A stretch of 64,000 bases of DNA from Lama glama (Eukaryota), in assembly GCA_028534125.1 (NCBI GenBank), contig CM052817.1, forward strand, positions 88,228,001 through 88,292,000, given 5' to 3'. Position 1 is the first letter of the stretch. Every line of letters begins with the position of its first letter. The notes under the pieces were generated by a model. It was not told the origin of the DNA and did no database searches. It saw only the letters and a list, made by a program, of their open reading frames with translations. The translations under genes were made by a program, and so were the position numbers. Shown piece after piece: positions 40,741 to 56,058 of the stretch.

Positions 40741-43513
40741 CAGCCTCACTTGTCTTCTTAACTCTAGTTCTATATTGTATCTATATTTCTAGGTCATTTT
40801 GAATTTGAAAATTAATGTACTCATTATTGATTTAATCATAGAAGCACAGAATTCTAGAAACATTTAAAACATTTTGTTTTCTCAGTCATCTAGACCTGAC
40901 ACTTCAGAATCACCTTCCACCTTCTCTTCTTATTCTGTCTACTGTCCTCATTTCAGGGCTTCCCTAACTTTCCTCAAGAACATTTCATTCCTTGACTAAC
41001 CTATTTGTCTGTTTTGATTCTTACCCTAATATGGTGTATTTTAGCTCATATTTATACTAATAATTTTAAACCATGAATCTGATTACATTTCTCACATTCA
41101 AAAAAAATCTTAATTAGCTCATAATTGGCTACAGGATAAATAAAAATATTTAAAATCTGATCAAAGAAATCTTTAACCATATGTATTCAACAGCATCCAA
41201 AGAATTAGTGCCTGTGTTCTAAGATCTGAATAGTCCTCCGTGTTTCAGCCTTTGCTTTCCCACCACTTGGAATTCTCTCCCTGTTTCACCTCTGCCTGTC
41301 TAAACAGTGCTTACCTTCCATCCATCACTCAAATGCCTCCTTATTCCTGTTACTCAAAACCAGCATATGTTATGATAAATTTAAATCAGTAAGAGAAAAG
41401 AATAATTACACGCAGACCACTGCAAATAAATTCTTCAAAAAATCACTGAAAAGACTCAGTATAGCTGTTAATAGGTGGAAAACACAAAAACAGAGAGAAT
41501 ACTATGGAATGCACATGTATTTTATATCCTCAGTAACTCTGTCCTTCTGAGTCAGAGAATGGCTTCAAGAAATATCTAATATAATTAAATCAACATATAC
41601 CCAAAATTAAACAGTCTGAGCAGATATAAAAATATTACAAACATGTATCAAGCACTTACAATTGTGAAAATAAAAATGTAATGAAACAGAGGAAAGAAGG
41701 AAATGGTGTTTGGATGGTTAGGGAAACACAAAGGTGAAAATTCAAGAAGACTTTAAAAAGATCTAATGCAAACTACACAACCTAACCACAATCATCTTTA
41801 ATACATTTTTGTAGGAAAAGCTAAGTCACTGTTGTCAGATTTTGCATGTTCAGTGGTGCCAAGATATCGTAGAGTTGATCCTTAGTCCAGTAAACCATCT
41901 ATTTTGGCCAAGACACAATGTTTTTCTGAATTTCTGCAACAGACATTAGTAGTTCTGGAAAGCTGCTAAGAAACATATGTGTGTATATACATATATATTT
42001 GGATACATATACACATACACTAATCGTACTAAAATAAAGCCACATATATACACATAAGCAAATACATTTTTGCTTGGTTAAATCAAAATTTTTATAATTT
42101 TTTTCACATGAATGCACCTTAGTTATAGCAAAATAACAAGGTAAATTCATTGGTTGGTTTGTGACCAGTATAAAACCACTAAATAAGTTTAAAAAATAGA
42201 TTGCTATTTTGAAAATAACAGCAGTATAGCACTTTGAAATAATCTTTGAAATTGTTTTCAATTAGCCATTGAATATTTGATGTTCTATTTAATACACATC
42301 AGAGATGTTTAAAGATGTTATAACTTATTTTTCTTTCTATTAAGAAACACTATGAAATAATAGAGAAACATTCCTTGAAGCTCTTCAGTAGTTAAGTACA
42401 ATCAAATAATTAACTGTACTGGGATACATTTCAGAAAAAATTCTAGAAAGTCTTTCAATCATACAGATTTATTCTAATGCCTTTTTTGGTAAGCATTCAC
42501 TAATTTTGAAGGCTATCAGTTTAAAACACTGGAAAAAAATTAAACATGAGGATTCGCAATGTAATCGTGGCTACTTAAGATCTTGTATAATCATGCTGTC
42601 AATCAGCACAACAAATACTCATTTCAGAAGAATTTAATTTCAGTAGCATTGAGGTAAGAATTAGTCTAATTTTCCTCTTTACCACCAGATATAAATAACC
42701 ATCCACGCAAATCTAGGAGAGAGAGGAAATCTCAAGTATTTCCTCGTAGATAATCTCTTGAGCTAGATTTCTCTTGGCAACTATTCAAGGAAAAAAGGAA
42801 AAGTATTCTGCCTATAAGCAAAATCCACAATCATCAGTTACAATACATAATTAGTAGATTTTAGAATGCAAAATTGTTAATGGAGAGCATTTTAAGATAA
42901 AGAAATTGAATAATGAGACGTGCAGTTTGCTCTGGAATGTTTGTATGGGGTGAAACTTTCTAAAAGGGTCATTTATTTGATTAAACACATTTCTTAATAT
43001 CTATGTCACAAATCATTAGTGTTAACTGTTTAGATCTAAAGAGTTTATAAATATAAAAATAGATTATAACAAATGGAATAATGGGTCAATCTGTTATAAA
43101 AGTTTATATGGCATTGAAAGTGTTATCCCACAAATATTTACTGAGCATCTGGTATCAGTCAGATACTGTGCTACGTGCTGAGGAAAATTTAAACAATATC
43201 GTGTTATATATATACACACATACATACACACACTAGTCATAGGTAAAGTATATATAAGTAAAATATCTAGAATAATTTTTGTAAAAAGGCTCTAAAATTT
43301 TCAATACTATGGTAATTTTCAATACTGTTTTGTTATAATTATAACACATATATACATACAAGTTAGTGGCCAAGGATGACATGTGACTGCTTACTTTCAA
43401 GTCAATGTGACTGGAGAATTTATATTAGTCCTACACTGCTATATAGCCCTATTTACAACAGAATTTACAAACAAACAATACATATACAAATAAAAGTAAA
43501 ATTGTAGTAGATA

Positions 43514-43631
43514 TTGTGGAATGGCTTCCCCAGCATATTCCTATCTTCTAGTGTATCTACCTTTCAGTAAAATATGAACAGGGAATACAGAAACAACAAA
43601 GCAAACAAATTTAAATATATATATATATATT

Positions 43632-43673
<42 letters not shown>

Positions 43674-44110
43674 AAACAAGGGGGGAAAATGGAAAAACAT
43701 TTTTTTCTCAGCCTCACTTGCAGCTGGGTTTTGGATGTGACTAGGCTTCCCCAATTGATACACTTTTGGAAGCTTTCGCTACAGAAAGTGAGATGAGGCC
43801 TTCTTCCTACTCCTTCTGGTGCTGCTGGCAAAGTTTTTACAGAGTCCTTGCATTTTCAGCAGCCCTGTCCCTTCGTTAGCTTCTTGAGAGATCAAACGTT
43901 GATTCTGCCAGTTGAGGCCCAATCCAGCAAGCAGTTTCCCCTTTTTACTTTTCTCCTTATCAAGAATTCATAATATGTCTAACAGAAACAGCTTCCTAAT
44001 TCCTTGAGTTGCAATTTCTGCCGTACATTATTGAACTCCAAGTGAAAGAGACTTCTCCCTTGGGCCTCACACTGAACAGCAGTCTCCCAGCAACTATAAC
44101 TCAATAAAAA
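43514..44110 (+). mobile_element. LTR33-like ERVL LTR interrupted by a (TA)n tract (43614-43670)
   Basis: ttctcagcctcacttgcagctgggttttggatgtgactaggcttcccca; aataaa near 44103; TA repeat directly visible. Confidence 0.6.
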
Positions 44111-44439
44111 TTTTTTTTAAGAAATTACAAGTAAAAAGCTTGAATTAGATGTTCTATAATGCAGAAGTGGCACGTTACACAAATAAGCGATGCTGTGATA
44201 GAAATAGCCCAGCTTTTTATGTTCAGAGGGGAAAAAGATTGCCAACTTAATAAATGCAAAAAAAAAAAAGACCGTAAAAACTTATTTACTCTTGACCATT
44301 CATCTTTGAAATTAAGTAAAATTAAGAATCCAAAGACAGCACAGTATTTTGATAGCATCCTAGGAAGTCTATGGATAGAGATAGGTCCTGATATAAACTC
44401 TTATCTGTATTCCAGTCCTGTGGCTTAACATTCCATCTG

Positions 44440-45760
44440 GATGCCGAATGTATAACTTCAGCCTCAAACTCACCTCCAAGTGCCAGACTTGCTTATTCAA
44501 CTATCTGTTTGACATCTCCTTGGATATTTGGTAGGCATCTCAAATTTAGCTAAAGCAACTATCCACCCCGATTCTTCTGCCTCCCACATGGACTCTGCTT
44601 CAAGAAATATCACCACCATTTGCCATCTGGTGTTATCTCTCCTTTCTGTTTTTCTTTTATTCTTACCAGCAGCATCCATCTTACAAATATATATGTTTAT
44701 ATATATTCTAAATTTGTGCACATTTAGTCAAGTCCACTGTTATTACTCTCACCTAAGCATCATCATCGCTCCTTTGAATATTTCACAAGCCTCCTAAAAA
44801 GCCTCTCTGTTTTCCCTTTTGACCTCCGTAAATCTAACCTCCATACAGAAACTAGAACAATCATAAAATATACATCACACCACATTATTTCTCTGCTCAA
44901 TAATCTCCAATCACTTGGAATAAAATAAAACTTGGAATGCAATCCAATGTGCCCTAGAAGGTCCCACCTGCTTTGCTAATGATAAATGATGTTGAGCATC
45001 TTTTCAGATGCTTTCTTGCCATGTGTATATCTTCTTGGGTGAGGTGTTTGTTCATATTTTTTTGCCTATTTTTTAAGTGGGTTGTTTATTTGCTTATATT
45101 GAATTTTAAGAATTCTTGTATATTTTGAATGCAAGTCCTTTATCAAATATATGTTTTACAAAATACAATTTTTTTTGGCAGTCTGCATCTTGTCTTTTAA
45201 TTCTTCACAGAGCAGACACTTTTAATTTTAATAAAGTCCAACATATCAAGTTTTTCTTTCATGGATCTTTCTTCTGATGTATCTGACAAGTCAGCACCAA
45301 TCCCAAAAACACAAAGCATCTGTCTTATGTTTTCTTCTATTTATTTCGTAGTTTTGTCTTTAGATTTAGATCTCTGAACCATTTAGAGTTAATTTTGTCA
45401 AAATTATAAGTTCTGTCTTTAGGTTCATTTCTTTTTTTGCAAGTGGAGATACAATTTTTCCAGCACCATTTGTTGAGGAGACTAATCTTTCTCCATTAAA
45501 TTACCTTTGCTTCTTTGAAAAAATATTTTTGACATATTTTTTGCTGTATTTGTGTGGATCTACTTCTGGGCTGTCTACTATGTTCCATTGATCTATGTAT
45601 CTATTCTTTTTTTTTTTTTCTAATGCCTTGGTGTTGTGATTACTGTAACTTTATAGTAAATTTTGAAATTGGATAGAGTGAGTCCTCTAACTTTGTTCTG
45701 TCTTGTTGTGCTGGCTACTTTAGGTTTTTTGCCTTTCCCAGTAAACTTTAGTTTGTTGAT
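44440..45760. mobile_element. L2 fragment (~44440-44970) followed by minus-strand L1 ORF2 fragment (~44975-45760)
   Basis: tgacatctccttggatatttggtaggcatctcaaatttagc (L2); aatgatgttgagcatcttttc...tttccagcaccatttgttga (antisense L1). Confidence 0.8.
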
Positions 45761-48700
45761 TAGGTCTTAATTTATCAAACATGAGATATGTATATAAATG
45801 TTCTTATTAGCAATTCACAGTGTGACTTATTAAAATCTACCTTTTTTAAAGTTTAAAGACTGAGGAGTGAGACACTGAATCATATTTATAAAAAACATCA
45901 AATAAAAGAAAATAGAAGGTAAATTTTGATACTTGTGATGCTAAGAAATCAATTTTACTTATACTTATCAAGTAAAAACATTATGTAGAGCAGTGAATAT
46001 AATTTTTAATGTGTTTTACATCTATAAAATACCATTTGCACCTCATTTCTCCTTAATCCAAAAGATAGTAATTTGTGAATTAATTCACCTTTTCAGAGGT
46101 TACTGTATTTTGAATGGTATTTTTTCTGCCGCTTTTCTCTGTTACTCAATCAGATGTAGCCTAGAAAATCTTGTTCAAATATTTTATCATTCAGTTAAAA
46201 TTATGAACTTAGAGTAAATGCTCCCATATGTTGCCTTTGATCAAATAATCAAATATTATTTGATTCTGTGATTTTGTAATCTGTTTATTTGCAAAACCTC
46301 ACAAAGCACAAGCACACACATGTAAAATAAAAATAACAAAAATGATAAACTTTTTTCCCTTACATTGAGATTTACCCTTCTTTGCTGGCTTCATATTTTT
46401 CTACATACATAATTTTCATGTGGCTGAAAGGGAGACTCACATAGCTACGATAAGTCAAAAATGTCATATTTAAGTTAATGGAGAGAATCAGGATGAGGTG
46501 AAAATCAGTACTTGTAAAGCTTAGTCCAAAAATGGGGATTTATAAACTGTGTGCTGAGTATTTCATCGCCTCAAAAGAACAATGAAAATCAAAGCATCAA
46601 GAAGGGCAGAGATTTCTGGAAACTGGTATGGCTCATGAGCCTCTCTTCACTTCTAGTCTTTCCTTTTGACCGTGTGGGCAGCTTCATTCACCTTCTCCAG
46701 TTTTCTTCTCACTGTACTGACATCATCACTCATCTGCCTGCCTAGCAAACAAAAATAGAGGGACAACTTTTTTTTCCAAAAACAATTTTTAAAGGTTCAA
46801 AAGAAAGATTGTAATTTCTCAGCTTTGATTTTTTTTTTCATGTTTTAATTGATGGGGGAGTGAGGGTTTTCCAACTTTGACTGTGCCTCCAGCTCCAGGT
46901 ACAGAGTCTGGACAAACAGAAGGAAGTAATAATAAGTTCTGGGAAGAGCAAAACAAGCATCAACTGTTGAATTAAATAAAAGTATGCTGCATATTGATTC
47001 CTCATTTTCCAACATATAACTAAAATTACAGAGTCTCTTATTAAGAAAAGTAGTATTTGAAAAAAAATGTGTGTGTTTTCTTTAGAACATACTCCTTAAT
47101 GTTAAATGTAGCAATAGCTCTCCTGGTTTTGTCTGCCCTTTTTGTCCATGAAAACTTTAATAGCACAAGATTAGTGCTCCCTAATGAATGGTGTTCTCAC
47201 TGTTAAGTATCTCATCTATCTTTCTGAAATTTCTAACATAGAAATCACGTTTCAGTCATCTACAAGTCCTAGATCTCAAGTTTCATAAGAATGTTGTCCT
47301 AGGTGATCATTAGAGTGAGTGTGCCCCATGAAATACTGAATTTCAATTATTCTAACTGGAGGTATTCTAATATATTTATAATTTCATTACTCATTTTCAA
47401 CAAACATGACTGTCAAGTCCGTAAATTTGTATTACCAAACTTTCAAAGTACCAATCATTTTCAACAGAATTTATCTACACACTATACGTTAAATCCTTTG
47501 TATTTTTGAATTTTGTAAAGAGCCATATCTTTCTCCCATTTTTATGAAAAATTAATCATTACTCAAAGTTTGATTCAGGTATTACCTGTCTCAACTCTTG
47601 CTAAATAATGCTGATATTCTCCAGGCCCATATTATGTCCTCCTGGAGTATATGTTTTTCTATTTCTTTCATGGCATTCTTTATTCTTTCCTTTCATTAAA
47701 TTTATTGTATTCCTGTCTTATCTTTCATGTCTAATTTAAATAAGGTATATGGAGATACAAGACCATTTATGTCTTTGAATTCAAAATAGGGCCTTCCAAA
47801 ATATGGGAAATCAATAAATTAACAAATGCTTCCTTGCATTCAGTTTTAAAAGATTTTCAATAATGAAGTCACTTGTGTTAATGACAGAATCAAATGAATT
47901 GCAAAAGAGAAGGAATGCCAGGGCTAAAATTCTTAATCATTTGGGTCGATTCCCTGCATTGGTAAAATGTTCAATAATAATAGTGTTCCATCTTTTATAG
48001 TTGTCCTACTCTATCTTTAAATATTAATTCAAATATCTCAACAGGTAGAAAGCAAATCATTCCTAGGTGAGCAGGATTCAAGGACCCTGACCCTGCATGT
48101 TCAGTCTTCACTTCTTCAACATGGTGCGACCCACTGAACTCTGGGCTCTTCAAGATTAGGTAGATGAGTCATTGCACATTTTTCAAAATAATTGCTAATT
48201 GTAAGTGTATTACTATCTCTATGGGTGAATGTTGATAACAAGGCAGAAGTCAGTTTTTAGTTGCTTGCTGCAATGATGTCTGAAGCCTCTTTAGTCCCTG
48301 AATTAGGGAATATCATAGTACAAGAGGCGGCAGTAGAACGAACAGTATGTGTTTGTACCTAGTATTTTTTAATAAAACTTTAATGACCGTATGCTTTTAG
48401 TACACTAAATCTAATTTTCTGATGCAGTACTTTCTGTTGCTGGCAGCAAAGGACGGAAATTGTCTGCTCAGGCTTTAAAACAGCTGAAAAGTTGATGAGA
48501 CAAAACTATGTAGTGCACTGGAAGCATATGTAAAGGGTTAGATTCATTATGATATAAGTTTGCTAAGAGCATAGAAGTTGAAAACTTTTGTGTAGGAATT
48601 AATACATCAAAATTCTGATGCCAATGCTTTGTGGCAACTCCTACTCTTACTAGACTGTTTTTGTCTCTATGTCAGTTTTTTTTAATTTAATTTTTAAAAG

Positions 48701-48971
48701 CATGTATTATTCAGTCCTAAATCATTTTATTGTCTATATCATAAAACAATTTTATCTTGACTATAAATACCTTCTACTGTTTAAGCCTAGAGTGTTAGAC
48801 TTTTAAGCCTTTCATGATTATGTTCTGGTTCTTGAAATGGAAATGTTCTCAGTAAGAGACAATATAATTACAAAATTTCATATCTGATGTATTTTATATT
48901 TATTTATACATATGATTCTTTTAGCCTAGATGAATCATATTTCAAGAAAAATATTGTTTTTAAAACTAGAC

Positions 48972-49160
48972 CAGGATTTCTTAACCTCAGAACTGCTGAA
49001 ATTTGGGACCAAATAATTCTGTGTTGTGGGAGGCTGTGCTGTCTGTATGTTGTACCTAGTAAGATGTGTGGCCTCTGTTTACTAGATGTGAGTAGCATGT
49101 ACCCACTTCCCCACCCTTTCTCTGTCCTGGGGGTAAAATCACCCTCAGCTGTTAGTACTA
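48972..49160 (+). mobile_element. MER20-type hAT-Charlie DNA transposon with perfect 8-bp TSD
   Basis: caggatttcttaacctc...gggaccaaataattctgtgttgtgggagg...aaaatcaccctcag; TSD aactagac at 48964-48971 and 49161-49168. Confidence 0.85.
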
Positions 49161-49769
49161 AACTAGACCAATAGAAAAATCACTTACCTTAGGAAAATTA
49201 TCTGTATTAGCAAAATTGCTTTTACATTCATTAAATATTCAACATTTTATATTAATCTCTTATAGTTCTATACATTTATGTTCCAACTTATAACCCTTTA
49301 AGCCATACTTGGTTTTAGTGTAAATTGGTAATTTTTGATTAGCCCAGTGTTCCCTTTTTGTTCAATCTAAATAATTTAATATGACACAGCAGAATTAAGA
49401 TCGGCTCTCCAGAACAATGCTCAGAAAGTTGCTTCTCTTCTAACCTGTGCATTCTTGACTACAAGTATAAGCTTAGTTTATAAGTAAAATACTAGAGAAA
49501 GTTGCTTTGACTCAGGTATTTGTGAAAGCAAATTGTGACTAAGCCCACATTACTAACTATAGTTTTCCAAATGTGTGTGTTTTTCAGTAATATACTCTGT
49601 AGTCCTAATATTAAATTCAGTCCCCTTCACTGAGGAATTGGTTAAACCATAAGTATGGTAAGAATAAGAGAAGTGTTACAATCCTGGTTTTTCCAGACTT
49701 TTATTTATTTTCTTGTACATTATTATGTTATCTTTGGGTTTTTTTGTGTATATATCTGTGTGTGTATAT

Positions 49770-49985
49770 ATATATTTTTAAATTTAAGTGTAGTTTACAA
49801 TGTTGTGTCAATTTCTGGTGTACAGCACAGTGCTTCAGTCAAACATGGACATACATATATTCATCTTCATATTCTTTTTCACCATAAGTTAATACAAGAT
49901 ATTGAATATAGTTCCCTGTGCTATACAAGTATGAACTTGTTGTTTATCTATTTTATATATATATTAGTATCTGCAAAAATTGGAC
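49770..49985 (-). mobile_element. Short L1 3' end
   Basis: gtttacaatgttgtgtcaatttctggtgtacagc...atatagttccctgtgctatac, same family as 18.5 and 40.3 kb. Confidence 0.85.
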
Positions 49986-50074
49986 TTACGGTGTTTCATT
50001 CCTCATATTTTTCTTTTCTTAATAGCTGATTCTTTATATCAGAGACCCTATATATTGATTTTATGAACAGCAGA

Positions 50075-50300
50075 AAAAAACTTTGCTTCAATTTCTAGCT
50101 CTTCCATTTACTAGTTGGGCAACCCTCAGTAATCCATTTAATCTCTTTAAGGTTCAGGTTCTTTCTTCATTTGTGGGGAAAAAATAAGGACATTATTAGT
50201 TTGGTATAAAAAGTGTGTGATTAAAAACTAATATATTTAAGATGCTTTGGACTTTGCTGGCACAAAGCAAGTGTCCTATAAATGTTAGCTGCTTATTATA
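50075..50300 (+). mobile_element. MIR SINE
   Basis: ttctagctcttccatttactagttggg...ggcacaaagcaagtgtcctataaatgttagctg. Confidence 0.75.
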
Positions 50301-50979
50301 GTCATTCTTATAATAAAAACTTTTATGCAAACAAAGTTTTTAGTTTTACTTACGGACCAATATTTCAAAATATAGAGCTAGCTATCGTTTTAACTACTGT
50401 CTAACTTTAGACAGGCTTTTGAAATGTCAGCTCTTAAAGATGTGCCTTCTCTTCGTATGAACTTTCTGAAAAAGGAATATTGACAACCGTGCATTTTGGA
50501 AAACACATTGTGCCCATATACTGCCTTTGCTCCCCTTTTTTTCAGAACAAAAACTTCCAGGATGATAGAGACAGAAAGCCTTGTCCACTGTGCAAAAGTC
50601 AGTGATTCTACCATTTTATGTGTAGAATCATACCTCTTTTGTTTTGCTGTTTCTTTACCTTAAGGGGTAACCTGAGATTGTTTTATGTTTAGATATAAAT
50701 TTTGGTAGCAGCAGAGAAGTGGTCAGATTTTAGATAAATTTTGAAATTGTATCAGCATGATTCCCTGACCATCTCAACTGAGGAAGAGATTATTTGAAAG
50801 ACAGAGAGCCAGTGTGGATGTGGACATGCTGTATCTTGGATGCTTGGTGATAAAGAGAAAGATGTAACATATAAAAGTACATAAAATTGAGAGATGTGTT
50901 ACAGATAGGAAAAATAAGTACTATAATGAAGTAAGCACTGTATGTATAATTTGATAAATAGATTTGATTGAATTTTAAT

Positions 50980-52700
50980 ATAGATCTTAAAAGTTCTGAA
51001 AAATTTGACAAGCTGATTCTAAAATTTATATGGCAGAACAAAATAGATGCAAAGTCAACATACTTGAAAAGATAAACAAATGATGATAGTATTTTAGGAT
51101 ATCAAAGGCTGAAGATAAAATTATAGACATTACTACAAAGGGACATTGGTATATGAACATAAAAATATACTAATAGAACATAAAAATAAAGAAACATGAC
51201 CATATGGAAAATTTCTGAGACAGAACTAGTATTGCCTCTAAGTTGGGAAATCAGTGACTACTGATAGCCTGTGGGAACTGGTTATCCATAAAGAACCACA
51301 TTAAATTGGATTCCTACCTCATACCAGATGCAAAACTCAATTAAAATTTAAATGAGAAAATCGAAATAGATAAATATCTCTTAACTTAGGTTAGAAATGT
51401 TTTTTAATTAAAATGCAAAAAATGTAAAACCATTAAAAGATTGGTGAATTCTACACATTCAAATTAAAAATATGTTTATCAAGAAAATATAATAAACTCA
51501 TAAAGACAAGTCATAAAATAAAGAGGATATTTGAAAGAAAAATAATTCACAAAGGACTAATATTCAATTTGTATGAAGAACAATAAATCAAGAGAGACAA
51601 ACCACCTAATAAAGTCATAGGCAAGAGAAATAGGTGCTTTAGCAACATGTGAGCAGGGCAGGCCAATAGATATATAAGAAAAGACATTTCGTCTCATTAT
51701 TAATCTGTAAAGTACAAATAAAAACCACAATGAAGTATGTATTTAGAGCAGCTCAATTCCAAGTGCTGGCGGGGATATGCAGGAATGTAAACATTTATGC
51801 ATTGCTAGTAGAGTATAATTTGTTCAGTCACATTGGAATCTAGTAAAAATGAAAATACATGTTAAATAAATACTCAATATTTTAAAATATTATTTACATG
51901 TATATTAAGAAATATATATGTCACAATAGTAAAACAACACAAGCAACATTTTTAAAACTCCTGTAAATAATTAAATGTCCACCAAAATCATAGAATAAAT
52001 AATTTATGTAGTTTGATAAAATGGTTATTACACAACTCTGAAAAATGAATGAACCAGAGCAGGTGTTAGCAAACTTTTTCTGTAAAAGGCCAAATGGGAA
52101 ATATTTTAGGCTTTGAGAACTACATATGTTCTCTGTTGTATACACTTTTTTTCCCCAAAACTTTAAAATATATTAAAAAACAAAAAGGTTTTTTAGCTAA
52201 TGGGCTAAAAAAAAAAAAGTGGGTTCCAGATTTTTCCATTGGCCGTAGTTTGCTGAGCACTAAACTAAAGATACAAAAGTGAATCTCACAAATATGCATC
52301 TGAGAAAACAAAAAAAGCAAGCAAGTGATGTCAGAATAAATATTGCATCATACTGGATACATTGTATATAAGATTATAAATATTGTATTGTATAATAATC
52401 AATATTATTATATTTGAAGTTCAGAAATAAAGACAAAATATTGCTTAGGATTTCATAAATATATGTTATATCTCTTTTAAAAATGCATATATGGTAAACA
52501 CAAAATTAAAGCAAAGCTTACCTCTGAAGAGGGGAAAGCAGTTATATTCACAAGTGGCACCTGAAAGATGCTTACATCATTGGAAATGTTCCTTTTGTAA
52601 GGTTATATTTTCAGTACATAGGTGTGCATGTTTTTTATACAGTAAAAACAATATATAGACATTTTATAAATAGTTTGTATGCATTTAATGTTTAGCTTAA
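50980..52700 (+). mobile_element. Ancient L1 ORF2/3' UTR with nested MER58-type hAT element (52060-52262)
   Basis: gacaagctgattctaaaatttatatgg...ttggattcctacctcatacca (L1); caggtgttagcaaactttttctgtaaaaggcca...ggccgtagtttgctg (MER58); TSD aaccagag/aactaaag 6/8. Confidence 0.8.
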
Positions 52701-53899
52701 TGTTTATATAAATGTGAGTGAAAAATGATTGATAGATAAATACCAGAGATACTGTAGTTTGAAACCAGATATTTATAAATGGTTGGACTACTTGAGTCCT
52801 TTTTCCCTGCTCATCACACCTGCATATGAATGGAAATTAATGTGTAAATATACTCAGATCTCTACATTCAGGAAAAAGGTCTGATGCAAACTACACAAAT
52901 TTAGAAGAAACATTCAACCGATGCTTCCAACTAGTTCTATATTTAAAATTGTGATCAAACTACCAAGCATCAGGAGATATTTAAGGATAACAGCATGAAG
53001 GAGATAATAGCATTAAAGAGAAAAACAGATGAGGAAAAAAAAATCTGACAGTGTGGAAACATCCCGTGGTTACGCTCAGAGAGTTTGCAGCGGAGATTTC
53101 AGTTCTTAGCACAGAACACTATGAAAATGAAATAATCAGAAAACTTAACATTTTTATTGGAAATTTAAAATATTATATTAGGAATTGAAATTGGCTATAG
53201 ACTTAGGATTTTATAAGAAGGTAAAATTGATTAATTTTTTATTGTAGAGCCAAAAAATGAGTGAGATGGAAACTATTTGAGAAAAATTGGATTCTAGTTT
53301 AGAAGGTGATGATTTTCATTTTATAACTGTGCTAGAACTAGAGGATAAGCACAATTCAAGGGAGGAAATTATCAAGGGTATAATTAAGAATAATCTCAAT
53401 GCCCAATTGGTAGGGTTTTTTTTGGTCATGGCGACCTGATTTTCCTTTGCAAGAGTCTATTGTGACTATTAATCATGATGACATGCCCCTTCACCCTAGG
53501 TTAGGGTTAGGCGTGTGATTCAAGAAAAGCTAATTAAATATTTCTCCTGTTTTTAAGTATGTCAATTTTTAAGCCTTCCTGCATACCCTGAGAGTTGCTA
53601 AGTGTCCCCAGTTACTGTTTTGTTTTTCTTTTTTGAGTAAGTTTAGCACTTACCATTACTTAACTTAAGAAAATCTTTAGAGAATTTTCCTCAAAAATAT
53701 TTGAAATGGAACTATGTGTATTCTAATAAAGACCAAAAAATAATCTCATTTTCATGGAAACATTGGTTTTTGCAGTGTTTTCTCAGACTGTATTTTAAGT
53801 TGAGCTATTTTATGTCAAAAGAAATGATTACCCAGGGGATTTAATCTTTCCATTAAAGTAAAATGTGGCTCAGTTACTCTGGTTCATTCTGATTCTCCT

Positions 53900-55480
53900 A
53901 CAGTCTCTCTAGTAATTTTTCTCAGTCTCTATATTTGTTGCAGTTACAGTTATATGGCCAGTCATTTTCATCCCCTGATCTCAAAGGTGTCCTTGGATCT
54001 CTTTTCTTTTGTGGTTCCACTAACTGTCCAAATGATCTCATTTGGTCACATGCTTTAAACAGCATCAATGCCTTGATGAAAAGTAAATTACATCCTCAGC
54101 TTGTACCTCTCTTTTGAACTTCAGACTGAATCCCAAATGCAGTCTTGACACTCCACTTGGCAAAATATATAACAGGCATCCCACACTTAACATGCCCAAA
54201 ACCAAGCAGCTAATTTCTTCTCTTCTTTCAAATCTGAATTCAACCATCCTTCTATTTTTCAGTAGTTCTGCCCAAATCTTGAAGTTATTTTTGTCTTCAG
54301 TGTTTATTGCATGTCTCTACATCTAACATACATCAAACCCTGAACACACAGCCAGAACCCACCTAGTTCACACTCCAGTTGCCATCATATCTTGCATAGA
54401 ATTTCAAAAGAACTGTCTAGCTGCACTTCCTGTTTCTAAACCTGCCTTGCCAGTGATCAGTCTATAGACAATACAGCAGACAAGGCAATATTTTAAAAAT
54501 ATAACAAGATCTTATTACTCAACAGTTTAAAACTCACCGCTAGCTTCCACTAACTTCACAACAATTTTCCAAATAAAAACCATTGTCCTTACAAAGGCAA
54601 TTAAACCCAAAGGATCTGCCCATCACTTCCATCTCCTACCCTTACTGACTAAGCTTACTCAGCTTCGGACACTGGCTTTGTTACCGAGTCCAGACTCGTT
54701 CTGCTCGCCACACAACAGGCCAATAAATGGGGAGATGAGGTATTGGGACAAGGAATAGCGACTTGATTCAGAAAGCTGGCAGACCGAGAGGAGGACAGAC
54801 TAACGTCTTAGAGAACCATCCTCCCCTAGTCAGAATACAGGCTCCTTTTACTCTAAAAAAAGGGGAGGAGGTGTGGTTGGTTGTTGCAAACATCTTGGTG
54901 TAGGAATTCTTTGTTCTTGCAGCTGTCCACGTGGGCCAGCTCATGGTGCTCCTGCAAAACCTCCAACAAAACAAACGTTATCTTTTATTCTGCAACTTGT
55001 TACCTCTACGTGAGTGCAGAGCTAGCAAGACTAAGCCTAGAAAACCCCGTGCAGTGTTAAAGCCAAAGGAATGGATCTAATGTGGAGTCAGGTTTGTTCC
55101 TTTCTATTACAGGTTCATTATTCTTCTAATGCTTTGGGCCTGAGGCTTGGAGTCTGCTTTTATCTTTTGTAATGTCTTTACTCTGGCTACCTTCTTGGAC
55201 AACTCCCTCACTTCTAGTTCTTTCCTCAAATATCCTGCTTTCAATGGTCACTAGAAAAAGTATAACTTTTTCCACCCTTTCCAGGCAGTCTCCAAACTCT
55301 TTACTCCCAAGCCTCTTATTACCATTTACTTTATGTATAACTACTCACTTCCTCTTTTATTACCTGTTTCCTCATTCTAGAATGTAAGCTCTATATTGGG
55401 ATGGATTTTTGTATTCTATTCATTGCTCATTCTAGGCACTTAAAATCACCATTTCATTGTGGAACAAGTAATGAAGGAAT
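53900..55480 (+). mobile_element. L2 element split by an LTR insertion
   Basis: ttgacactccacttgg...aacaggcatcccacacttaacatgcccaaaacc before the LTR; ctagaatgtaagctc...ttttgtattctattcattgct after it. Confidence 0.65.
54679..55111 (-). mobile_element. Relatively young ERV1-type solo LTR
   Basis: tgttaccgagtcc...tttctattaca (TG..CA), retains CpGs, candidate TSD gctt/ggtt. Confidence 0.8.
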
Positions 55481-56058
55481 AGGTAGCTTGATCTAACATT
55501 ATTTTTTCAGTATCTGCATGTTAGTCTGTCAGAAATAATAAATAAAAGTAAAAATTTCTAGTTCTGTCTCTTTTTAAAAACTGAAAAATTACGTCACTGT
55601 AATAATTAAGTGGACATTGTTATGGGTCAATGGTTTTTAAACATTAGTAACTTACTTTGAATCATAAATAATTTGTATGCAAATAAAATGTTAAATGAAA
55701 AATACATGGGAATTCAATACAATCTCGTAACAAAGTTCACTGAGAGTGTGATTTTCACCCCAGTCATAGGACATTGGTCAGTGCTACTTAATGATGTAGA
55801 TGATCAGTTTGAAATTGATTCATGTTTTTATCCAATTACTGACTTCATGAGAGGTTCTGATCATTTTATTTAATCTAGACATTATCAGATTTATTACGCA
55901 CCAAGACACTTAATTTTTCTCCTAAAAGAGAGCATGTAAATGATGATATTATATATTCATGAGATATGTTGAATTTTTCTTAGAAAGACTATAAATACAG
56001 TTGAAGAAATATTTTTAGGGGCACAAGATGGCTGAGCATATGTTCTAGCAAAAAAAGA